A DNA stretch of 64,000 nt from NCBI GenBank assembly GCA_965153355.1, contig OZ231126.1, positions 5,270,001-5,334,000 on the forward strand, read 5' to 3'. The position numbers and the translations under genes were made by a program. The stretch comes from Flaccisagitta enflata. Lineage: Eukaryota. A model generated the notes under the pieces. The model worked only from the letters and a program-made list of their open reading frames with translations. It made no database searches and was not told where the DNA came from. Each line of letters begins with the position of its first letter. The first letter of the stretch is position 1. Shown one piece after another: positions 39,777-49,680 of this stretch.

Positions 39777-39933
39777 AACAAGGCCGGATACACGGCCACC
39801 AGTTGCGGACGGGTGGGCAGGAGCGGAAATGCACATTTTCACACTTTTTGACTCGTGCTCACCAACGGACCGACCGACCAACCGACGGACGGACGGACAA
39901 AGCCTCTTATAGAGTTGCGTGTCCGCAACTAAA
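39777..39933 (-). mobile_element. DINE-1/HINE-like element (AGTTGCGGAC subfamily)
   Basis: Near reverse-complement of 27158-27315. Confidence 0.75.
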
Positions 39934-40163
39934 AATGGATAGAGAGAGAGCGCAAGCGCGTGTCCGCTTTTTTACTTCAGATTATTTAGGGGCAGATTGT
40001 GGATATTTTCTTCAAAGAGACTTGTGGCAGAGGTGACACAGACGGTATAGATCCTGCCGTTGATAGGCGTCCAACGATGGCTGTGATATGTATTCTCTCC
40101 TTATCGTTCTTCGAAACGATGCCTCTGCTCTGGGGCCCTCGAGCCGGTAGTTTTCGTTGTCTA

Positions 40164-40293
40164 TTTAGGTGCGACAAAGCACCTCTATACTTGGCTGTGT
40201 CCGTTGGTCGGTCCGTCGGTCTGTTAGTTGGTCGGGTAACGCATTCGTTCGACGATCCACACGTCGCACCTTGTTGGCCTACTTGGCCTTGTT
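40164..40293 (+). mobile_element. DINE-1/HINE-like element (AGGTGCGAC subfamily)
   Basis: Near reverse-complement of 7709-7836. Confidence 0.75.
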
Positions 40294-40964
40294 ATGACTA
40301 TGAGCTTGCTCATTTGGTCGATTCGGTGGGTCGCTAGCTTTACTTTATAAAGCGCGCGACGGTCGGACGGACACAGACCTGACAGCGATGCCACTTTTGT
40401 GTGAAATGTTTCCCGCTTTCCTTTACTGATTAGTTAAGGGTGTTTATCCAAATGGGCTAATAAAGTTAAATAATAAATGGACTTTTCACTCTTTCCAATA
40501 GGCTCGAGCTCTCTTACCTTTAGATCTTAATGCGAGCCTCTCGATGATATAATGGACAAATGAAGAATTCTATCTGGCTCTTCCCAAATTCTTACACGAA
40601 GCTGAAATTTGTTTTGAGCATCTTGATGAAAATGGGTGAAGTGAGCCAAAGATTATTGACTCCTGATTCTCTCTCTCACCCAAAATAACAAGGCGAGGCT
40701 CTTTAAAGATCGAGACTGTACCGGAAATTGGGCTTTTCTCCACGTCCAGTCTCTTTTAGCTTTTCCAAGATTTTCTTTTGGATTTCCTTCTCGTTCTCTT
40801 TCGTTCTTTCTTTCTTTCTTCCTTTCTTTCTTTCTTTCTTTCTTTTTCTTTCTTTCTTACTTTCTTCCTTTCTTTCTTCCTTTCTTCCTTTCTTTATCGT
40901 TCTTTCTTTCTTGTTCTTTCTTTCGTTCTTTCTTTCTCTTCTTTTCGCTCTCTCTCTCTTTTTT

Positions 40965-41040
<76 letters not shown>

Positions 41041-41423
41041 CATTTGATTTAAAAATCCAGCTGAGGGGGCATAAACGTTGAGTGCCACATTTGTTTCGTT
41101 AATTTGTCGGAATCCCATCAGGTTGAATTAAAGATGTTGGCCCATTCTACATGTTTCGGTCTCGAGTGAAAAAAAATGAAATATAAACAGTTTGATCAAA
41201 TCTTTAGCAATAGTCTATGCTGAGGTGAAATGGGGTGGTCGTAAGTACGGTCAGCCCCCCCACACACACACACATACACATTTTTTCCCCCATGGGTGTC
41301 ATGAAAAAGCGATTCAATGTTGGAGCTCCTACATGCAATTCCGTTTGTATTGGCTTTCAAAATGGAGTTGTATCAAAACGTGATATTAGGTTTACTTGTC
41401 ATGTACAAATTGTCTTTGGACAG

Positions 41424-41582
41424 TTAACGGACGGATTCGTTTCTCCAAACGCTCGTCGGAAAGTATTGGCGGGAATTGTGATGACGTCGTCAGCGGACGA
41501 CGATCAAGCAGCGTCAACAGCCAAAGTTATCTCACTAGGCACAGGCACCAAGTGCATCAATGGAGAATACATGTCGGACAAG
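41424..41582 (+). CDS. ADARB1: ADAR2-like exon: deaminase domain
   Basis: Reads [40 protein letters not shown]. Boundaries gacag| and |gtagga. Confidence 0.95.
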
Positions 41583-41599
41583 GTAGGAAGAGGATGATG

Positions 41600-41648
<49 letters not shown>

Positions 41649-41779
41649 CGATGATGATGGTCATGGTGGTGGTGATGATGATGATGATGGTGATGACGAT
41701 GATGATGGTGACGATGATGATGATGGTGACGATGATGATGATGGTGACGAATGGCGATGATGGTGGCGAATGGCGATGA

Positions 41780-42455
41780 TGGGGCAGGGTATACCTAGTC
41801 GATCCATGAGGGATGAGGCAATTACCATAAATATGACCAAATATCCACCATGTCACCAATTCAAAGCTACTTACTAACCTTGTTCCTTGACTTGTTCCTC
41901 GACTTGTTCCTTGACTTGTTCCTTGTTCTTAAACGATCTACCTCAAAGGAGACCAGGTTTCCTTTGCCCACTATGAGTGTTTTTAGTGTTACATCGCCAA
42001 GTAAGCCTCTAAGGCATATCACATCTGAGTGAAAGAAGAAGAACCTATTTAGCTTATTTTATACAGTTGTTGCCTTTATTAAGAATACACACTGAGTATC
42101 TGACAATGATGATATACTACAAGCTGGAAGTGGGAGGTCATCAAGTGACTGTGTCCCTGAACTTGGTAGACCCAAGCTAAGTGGCTAAGTTTTCCTTTGG
42201 ATAGATCAAAACTACTAAATACTATCAAGCCACTCAGAGTTGAGACCAACAAGTGATTATTTAACTAGTTTATCATCAATAAAACCATAAAAACAATATA
42301 GCTATGAAAACTAGACAACAAGAGGAGTAAGGATAACTAAATAACAAACTAATGAAAATATAACATGAAAACTTATAAGTCGATGAATGCTCATCGACAA
42401 TATGCAAATGAGATTATTGCATCACTCCTCAGTGGATCACTTACGCTCTGCCACA
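41780..42455 (-). repeat. 3' LTR (676 bp)
   Basis: Direct repeat of 58353-59028; I found one mismatch (A42018 vs T58591). Confidence 0.97.
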
Positions 42456-42931
42456 TATACGTTGGCCTTCCGGAAATAAAGACGTCCTCGTCGCAAAAAT
42501 AACAAGAAAAAAAAAGGAAGCTAGTCAGCCGTAAATCACAGCCTCAAGGGCAGTGGCGACCAACAGAAGGAAGAAAGAAAAAGTGAAAAGACACAACGCA
42601 AGAAAAGAAAAAAAAACTAGGAAAGGAAATGCCGTAAGTCGCGACCTCAAGGGCCGAGGCGACAAAACCAAAGAAGAAAAAGAGTAAAAAATGAGGACGA
42701 GACAAAACACTGACCAACAAATTCCAAAACATAGGCCAAAAAAACGCAAAAAACGACGTACAGATCAAAACGGGAATCTAAATGCCAACGGGACAATGAT
42801 AATCAAAAACATGATCAACAGAGAAAGTATACCACTAATCTCGTCAAAATCCGCGGAAAGAGAAAAAAAAAAACAAGAAAAACATCAAATTCTTTGTAAA
42901 GAGAAGAAAATGGGTAACAAAATAACGAGAA

Positions 42932-44239
42932 TCACAGAGACAGAGAAAAGGAATCAAGGTGATCATAGAACCTCACGAGCGTAACGTCGTTACCACGGGC
43001 ATAGATGATGGAAAGTCCAAAAGGCTCAAAACAGAAAGTCGGAATGACGAAGTCGACATATTCGCAAACGCGGAATCTGTTCTCACCTACGAAGACGAAG
43101 CGCGTACCCGGTTCGCTGTAGTCGACCAAGGCATGAAAGAAGACGTCAGAAGAGGTTGCATGGTGCAACATGTTGGCCCTGATTCGCGAAAAATGGCGTG
43201 GAACACGAATCTCGCCATAACGCCGACCAGGATCATCGATGACGATGTTGACGCCATAGAAACGGAAATTTTCATCGGCGTAGTTGGCGTTCCCGGACAA
43301 GGGCTTCTGAGCGATGAGGACGTGAGGATAAGCCAGGCGCGGCTCATGGAGAACCGACGGGGAAGCGACGAGGAATTTCTCCGTGATTTGGCCAGAGGGA
43401 ATGTGGTGGCGTTCAACAACGAATGAGGCATCGCGGTCAATGAGAAGGAAAATATCCTTCCCGACAACGTCGTAGTCGTAGACGAAGGAGATTTGCCCAC
43501 TAACGCTCCTATTGTAGGAGATATTGACCGGAGTGGGATTGAAGTCGTCGTGACGGCCCAACGAATACGCAACGATGCCATTGAAATCGAGGATGAAAGT
43601 AGCCAAATAATACTCCGATTTCTTCAACGGTCGTCGCATGGCCGGAAAATAACGTGGGACAACCGAGCAGACGTCCGCATGGCTCGCCCAGTTGTAGACG
43701 TCGAAATGATGACGATGTTCATCGACCGGAGGACGCAAGAAGAGGAAGTCGCCATGGAGAACGATTTGGCGATAACATTCGATCGCCGTGTCAATAGTGA
43801 CGATCGCCGGACTACCAAACTCAAGAAGAGAGAAGATCTCGATCTTCTTTGATGTCGCAACCGCCATGAGAGAGGCAGCCGTGTCCACGGAGATGCCGTC
43901 CACCACCGTAGGGAATGACATTGAGACGTCGGAGGCTGAGTCAGCCGAGAAGATTTGCGCTTTGATGGCGCAGTATTCGATGTGCGCCTCACAAACTTTC
44001 TTCACTAACACACTCTGCTCATAAACTGATGGATCTTTGAGGGCACGAAAGTGGGCAGGATCAATTGCAAAAAGCTGCTGGGCTCTCTTGAGCCAGAATT
44101 CCCTTATGGTGACAACTTGATGGTGGATATATTTCGAGGTTATCATGAGTTCTCTGGCGTCATCTACCGAGAGATACTTCAAAATGCATTCTGACACATC
44201 TTGATTCGGAAATGGAATTTTGCTGATTTCAATTCCCAT
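42932..44239 (-). CDS. Retroelement ORF4: F-box protein with a beta-rich (propeller-like) C-terminal domain, 435 aa
   Basis: Intact and intronless, ATG at 44239. The N-terminus IPFPNQDVSECILKYLSVDDARELMITSKYIHHQVVTIREFW fits the F-box consensus. The downstream part has short hydrophobic strand repeats (DGISVD..LMAVATSKKIEIFSL). Confidence 0.7.
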   Translation of the reverse strand: MGIEISKIPFPNQDVSECILKYLSVDDARELMITSKYIHHQVVTIREFWLKRAQQLFAIDPAHFRALKDPSVYEQSVLVKKVCEAHIEYCAIKAQIFSADSASDVSMSFPTVVDGISVDTAASLMAVATSKKIEIFSLLEFGSPAIVTIDTAIECYRQIVLHGDFLFLRPPVDEHRHHFDVYNWASHADVCSVVPRYFPAMRRPLKKSEYYLATFILDFNGIVAYSLGRHDDFNPTPVNISYNRSVSGQISFVYDYDVVGKDIFLLIDRDASFVVERHHIPSGQITEKFLVASPSVLHEPRLAYPHVLIAQKPLSGNANYADENFRFYGVNIVIDDPGRRYGEIRVPRHFSRIRANMLHHATSSDVFFHALVDYSEPGTRFVFVGENRFRVCEYVDFVIPTFCFEPFGLSIIYARGNDVTLVRFYDHLDSFSLSL

Positions 44240-44437
44240 GATTAAATCTGATCTTGTCTGATTGGAATGTGTCTCTTGTAAATCAAAAGAGAAATATGAC
44301 CTGAATGACTTGAAAAATAAAGGCAACAACAACCGAAAGTAAATACTTAACCTTGAGCAGATATGAAGGATGATCAATGTAGAACGTAGAGAGTTGATAA
44401 CAGAAGCGGCGCAATCGCGGAAAAACTTGATTTAATA

Positions 44438-45199
44438 CACAGCCATCAATCTCGTTTGAAAAATTGTTTTAAGCTTTTTCTCAGAGATGCATCAACTGAG
44501 TGATCTGAAATCAATTTTTCCTTGAAGAGCATTGATTGACGTTTTTTGTATCAAAATTTTATGGACTTGGGTAGAATAGTTTTCATTTTATGTCAATTTG
44601 AAGTATGAGTAGTTTCAGAGGTAAAATATAGGAAAATTGTTGTTTGACAAAGCAGTTCCTCTTTAAATTGGTCTCATTTCTAAACGGCTTGAGCTACAGA
44701 TGCCAGATTGGTCTCAAATGAAAGATAATTTAATGTACTTTTAGCTAACAAAAAGAGGAAAACAGTCTTGAACCTATTTGTCATACTTTTCATTCAGAAA
44801 CTTTCAAATCAAAGGAATTTTGTTAAAGAAACGATTTCAAGGATATGAAACTTACTTTAAATGCCAATTCATTTACCAACCGAAGGAAATTTGAAAAACT
44901 ACATCAAATTATCTTTCATTTGAGACCAATCTGGCATTTTTAGCCCTAACGGTTTAGAAATGAGAGCATTTTAAAGAAAGACATTCTTGTCAGCAATGTT
45001 TTAATTTCTCTTCAGCTGTAAATACCAAAATTACTTCAAATTGAGGCTGCAAACAAACTATTCAACCTAGACCAATGAAATTTTGACACAAAAAACGTCA
45101 AACATAGTACTTGAGAAGAAAATTCATTTCAGATCATGAAAATAAACCATTGAGGCACAAAAGCTTAATACTTTTTTTCAGTTGAGATTGATGACCCTG
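44438..45199. mobile_element. Diverged MITE (TA TSD) nested between ORF3 and ORF4 of the retrotransposon
   Basis: TA|CACAGCCATCAATCTC ... GAGATTGATGACCCTG|TA, with ~300-bp imperfect arms including ATGCCAGATTGGTCTCAAATGAAAGATAATTT and its exact inverse. Confidence 0.85.
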
Positions 45200-45549
45200 T
45201 AACGACGGGAAAAAAAAGGTTTAACTTGATCGTTGTAAATGTAAGTAATACGTAAACAGTCTGGAGGTAGAAAAGTCGTTTTGTAAATGTCGTGATTCTA
45301 ATATTTTAAACTATATAGACTTACCAGTAAATTAAAAAAAAAAAGTCAAACCCATGAGGCTCAAGAAGAGAGGGAGAGACGATAAAAAAAAGATAAGCGC
45401 AAAAAGAAAGAAAATGAAAAAAACCTAAGTGTCAAAGCCACAATCCCCAAGACGGAGAGGCAAAGACGAGAGAAAAAAAAACCTGTAGGATAAAATGAAG
45501 AATGTTAGACGTTTCAATGAGTAAATATCACAGTAAAGAGATAGACGAA

Positions 45550-48500
45550 TCATTTCTTCTTCAAGAAGTCCTTTCTATTTTTTCCCTTTCTGTTGTAAAT
45601 GATCTCGGCCGTAGCCGCAAGTCCCTTGTTCCAAACTTCAGTGCCAAGGAACTGCACTGCAAAGAGACGGAGAAGCCGGAATTTGATGATGATGTGCTTC
45701 TTAGAAAGAGTAGAAATCGAAAATTCCCGTGGGGATGCCAAGGTGCGTCGGCAGAAATCCTCGTTAAGAACCGACTGCGCAAGAGTGTTAAAATCTCCTT
45801 TCATATTCAATTGGTTTGCAAGTTGGGCGTGATCAAGGATGTTCTTCGGGGCAAAGGTGCCAATGAATTTCCTTGCCAAGGTAACGGTAAGTTTCCCCAT
45901 GTGAACATAAAGTCTGGCTTTTTCAACCGCGCAAAAGAGTTCCTGAACAACTTTTCTGTCAACATGGAGATCGTTGACTTTGAGAAAGAAGATTTGTTTG
46001 TCAACGTAAAAGATGAAGAAAACAACATCGGAAGTTTCAAACACGGAATTGTTCTGCAGTTGGCCCATGACAACCACGTCGGCCTTTTCAACATGATTTC
46101 GTAAGACTTGGATCTCATCAAATTGTGTGACCACCATAGAGGATTGATTGACGATGAGTTGATGCAGATTTGGGGAGTTAGTACATTGTACGTCTATCCA
46201 GGGTGTGTGATGAGGCGCAAGTTGACGTTCCGTGATTGGGGCATTGGTCATGAGGCTGAGATGGTAAGCAAGTTGGGGTATTTCTATGTCGAGATACGCG
46301 CAAATTTGACGACTGATCTCCGGGTTAGTGCAGAACGCGTATATTCTTTCCTTCAACTCACCCTTTTCAATTTCGCCGACTTTGAACGAGTCGCAATAAG
46401 ACCGAATGTAAGGCTCGACGGCGACGAAGTACTCGAGAAAAGGATTTCTTAACATCTTTCTTTGACTCAGGGTTTCCACCTGTTTGCTCACGTTTACAGG
46501 CGAGAAGTCGACGTTAAAAAATTCATCTACAGCAAGAATGGGATTGTCGGGTGGCAAAATACCAAATTCCTGGATGATTTTCGCCTTCTCTTCATCGCTC
46601 TTAAAGGCAAAATGAGTCGCGTAAGTGAGAAAGGCAGAAATGGTTTCGACGGGAATAAGAGTGGTAAGTTGGAGAAAATTTGGGGCTTTTTTGGTGCGGC
46701 AATGGAGGATGAGATATTGGGGCTGAACTCGATCGAGAATGTCAAGACGGAAAAAAGTGAAGAGAGGATCAGAGTTGTAGGTTTCATGTTTTACAAAAGA
46801 TTGAAAAAGCAGCTTCCAATCCCAATTTGAACTCGCGACGGAAATCGCGACCTTGCCGACTTTCGATTTCAGCTTAAGATCCTGAATCTTCTTAATAGTG
46901 AGGGCCATCGCGTCATAAATGTTAGGCGAGGAAGAATGACATGAAAATTGTACGAAAGCGTCGCTACAAGTGTCGTGATAATCGGTGGCCCCGATCATGC
47001 GGGAATATATATGACCCTTAATGGATTCCAGCGAGTCGGCGTCGTCATCGAGGGCGTAGGACTCAGAAGGCCCCAAAATCTCGGGAATTCTAACTTCATC
47101 TTCATGCGGACCAACTTTGACCTGTTTTTCCGAATAAATATCGTCCCGCTCAAAACTACGACGTTTGCGCAACGATGAGACAACTTCAATGGGTTGCTGC
47201 TCAGCACAATCCTCAACATTGCAAACCATAAGATTCCTTTCGTTTATGAAGGCTGATCGTGAATTGTTTATGACATCAGAATGTGAATCAACCGGCATTT
47301 TATCATTGACGAGACTGTTGTTTCCGGAAATGACGACGGAGATTGGAAGGTTATCACTTACACGATCATCTAATTCCGACGTCGCTTTACCGTTAAAAGA
47401 GTCGTCTTGGGCGTGGATTCCCGGAAATTGATCGGCGTTAGAGTCTTTGTTTTTGTCGTCATCGCCGGAACCGAAGCTGTTGATGTCTTTTGTAGAGCTG
47501 TAAGCGGCCCCCAGGGGCTTAGGGGACCGGTGCACTAAAGACGCGGTGTAGCCCGATTCGTTTTGTTCATCAGAGGCGGCTTGAGCGGTGACTGAAATTT
47601 TTTCAATTTGAGTGGAACTAACCCCCCTATCTCTAACTGATTCCACGACTTTACCGGCGTCGCCGTTGGAAACGTAAGACGGGACCAAAGATTTGTGAAA
47701 GGGCAGAGACAAATCAGCCACAATAAAGGCGTTTACCAGATTGTCGTAGTCAATGACAATTGGGTCCAAATTAAGACCAAGAACTGGAAAAATACCATCT
47801 TCGCGCACGTGAATAGCCTGAGCGAATTTCGCGATGTCCCATTGAATTCCGTCATTCACCTTAATACCACCCCAACCTGTTGTGAATATGCATTCACCGA
47901 AGAAAGTGTAGAGAATCAATTTGGGGTCGGCCGGGGCGTAGCGGCGCATTTTACTTGACCAAGCTGAGAGTTTCTGATCCCATTTTACCATTCGCGTTTC
48001 AACGTCTTTTTCCCAGACGATGGGGGTTGTTGGAGGGCAAGTGCCGAAAACAAAATCGAACGCATCTTTGGCCGACCATGTATCTTTGTCATTGTTGGAC
48101 GTCTTATTCAACCAAACGCGAATCTTTTTGTAAATCGCTGTAACGTCAATGATCTGGGTGATGGCATCATTCAAATGGTATTGATTGTTTATCATTTTCA
48201 ACTCAACAAAAAGTGCGGCATCACCTACAATAACCGTATTTTCGTCCGACAATACGTCCATAAACGACCCATGGAGGAACTTCTTTCTTCCCGCTGCAGC
48301 GTGTTTCGGTGGACTAATTGCACAAAAGTCGGTTAAGATGACGACGGTGCGGATCAAGTAACGATTTACGCTGTACGATAATTGTATTACGCAAACTTGG
48401 TTAGGCTGACGTGGAATCTGTTTCTGCTCTGTGTCAAGGGAAATGAAGTTCTTAAATCCACGTTCTTTCAACTCACGGGATCTATTGAGGATTTTCTGCA

Positions 48501-48738
48501 TTTCCGTTGCTAAACCCGCGTCGTCATCAACAAAAGTGACAGTGTCCATGTCTATGGGGAGACGTTGAATGGTGCCCGCGTTCACTAACTTATCCTCCCT
48601 TTCCTTTAGTAAATTCGCCTCCTTGATTTTATCGCGAGTCTTTTCCCACTTCGTTCTTTGTTTCTTCCCGGCATAGTTGAGGTTGAAGTCGTTGAGCTCG
48701 GGAGAGGGTGAACGCGAAGCGCGGCCGCCGGAGGCCAT
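45550..48738 (-). CDS. Retroelement ORF3: DEDDy 3'-5' exonuclease-domain protein (WRN/EXD/Mut-7-like fold), ~1062 aa
   Basis: Intact and intronless, ATG at 48738. ExoI-like ISLDTEQ (DTE 48427-48435), then VCVIQL, VLSDENTVIVG, IIDV, K..W..L and ExoIII-like YAPAD (47926-47940). Confidence 0.75.
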   Translation of the reverse strand: MASGGRASRSPSPELNDFNLNYAGKKQRTKWEKTRDKIKEANLLKEREDKLVNAGTIQRLPIDMDTVTFVDDDAGLATEMQKILNRSRELKERGFKNFISLDTEQKQIPRQPNQVCVIQLSYSVNRYLIRTVVILTDFCAISPPKHAAAGRKKFLHGSFMDVLSDENTVIVGDAALFVELKMINNQYHLNDAITQIIDVTAIYKKIRVWLNKTSNNDKDTWSAKDAFDFVFGTCPPTTPIVWEKDVETRMVKWDQKLSAWSSKMRRYAPADPKLILYTFFGECIFTTGWGGIKVNDGIQWDIAKFAQAIHVREDGIFPVLGLNLDPIVIDYDNLVNAFIVADLSLPFHKSLVPSYVSNGDAGKVVESVRDRGVSSTQIEKISVTAQAASDEQNESGYTASLVHRSPKPLGAAYSSTKDINSFGSGDDDKNKDSNADQFPGIHAQDDSFNGKATSELDDRVSDNLPISVVISGNNSLVNDKMPVDSHSDVINNSRSAFINERNLMVCNVEDCAEQQPIEVVSSLRKRRSFERDDIYSEKQVKVGPHEDEVRIPEILGPSESYALDDDADSLESIKGHIYSRMIGATDYHDTCSDAFVQFSCHSSSPNIYDAMALTIKKIQDLKLKSKVGKVAISVASSNWDWKLLFQSFVKHETYNSDPLFTFFRLDILDRVQPQYLILHCRTKKAPNFLQLTTLIPVETISAFLTYATHFAFKSDEEKAKIIQEFGILPPDNPILAVDEFFNVDFSPVNVSKQVETLSQRKMLRNPFLEYFVAVEPYIRSYCDSFKVGEIEKGELKERIYAFCTNPEISRQICAYLDIEIPQLAYHLSLMTNAPITERQLAPHHTPWIDVQCTNSPNLHQLIVNQSSMVVTQFDEIQVLRNHVEKADVVVMGQLQNNSVFETSDVVFFIFYVDKQIFFLKVNDLHVDRKVVQELFCAVEKARLYVHMGKLTVTLARKFIGTFAPKNILDHAQLANQLNMKGDFNTLAQSVLNEDFCRRTLASPREFSISTLSKKHIIIKFRLLRLFAVQFLGTEVWNKGLAATAEIIYNRKGKNRKDFLKKK

Positions 48739-49680
48739 AGTGAAAGATGATGATGATGAATAGAAAAGAGAGAAATGAAAGAGTTTAGAGATGGTAGTCT
48801 GCGCCACAATCCCCAAGACGGAGAGACGCAGACAGAGAAAAAAAAAGGAGAGGATAAAATGTTTTTCAGTGGGAGGAAGCAGTGAAATAATGAAATTAAG
48901 AAAGATGATGAGATGAAATTAGAGAAATGATGAGGACAGTAAGCGATGAAATGAACAGGCCCTTGCCACTATCCCCAAGACGGAGAGACAAGGACAAGAA
49001 AAAAACAATTAAGAGAGAAAAAAATATGATGATGAATAGTTTCACAGAATGGTGACTAAAGAAGGAAAAGGGTGGAAATGGATGATGAGGGAAATTGAAG
49101 AGAAGAATAGCGAGTTGGCGGCGATGGTATGAAAGATATCACGTGAAGACTATCATTTTCGACTATCACAGAAAGATTATCACTTTATGACATTAAGAGG
49201 CAGAAGAAGATGGGTTTGACACAATTACGTCCTTATTTTATCGACGATTTATTTACGACAGTCAATTTCTGCTACCGTCTGTACACTCAGGTCCGAATAT
49301 TCTCTAGTCGGCGTTTTATACTATGGACTAATTATTGTAATGACCGACGAAGAGAGGAGTGAGAGCGTAGTAAATTTAGCCATCATATTTTTGGCAGACT
49401 CGAAATTTTCATGTTGATCCGTTTTAATTCATTGCGGCGATGAGAAGAGAATTTACGCGGTCCACGACGGGTATAATTCTGTCGCGTAGACGCGACCGAA
49501 AAACGAGTCTAATCTGCACGAATTTCTATAAGTAATTTATCCTTCAGCCTGTTCAAAGGGAAATAACATTTCTCATAATGAATTCAATTGCAATTTGATG
49601 CCGATAAAATTGGTATCCCTTTGGCCGATGAAATTCAAGTGTTAAAACCAATACAAAGACAGCAGATATGAAGAACGACA

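Noticed and set aside
41850-42032. 60-aa ORF present in both LTRs
   Set aside because: Antisense to the element and built largely from a 12-bp tandem repeat (GACTTGTTCCTT); no coding evidence.
44316-44330. 15-nt exact complement of the LTR poly(A)-signal region (42066-42080) upstream of ORF4
   Set aside because: One 15-mer inverted match in a 17-kb element with AT-rich non-coding parts is within chance expectation. Worth revisiting only if conserved in relatives.
42932-48738. ORF3/ORF4 as an env gene
   Set aside because: No evident signal peptide, furin site/fusion peptide or C-terminal TM anchor; the motifs point to an exonuclease and an F-box.
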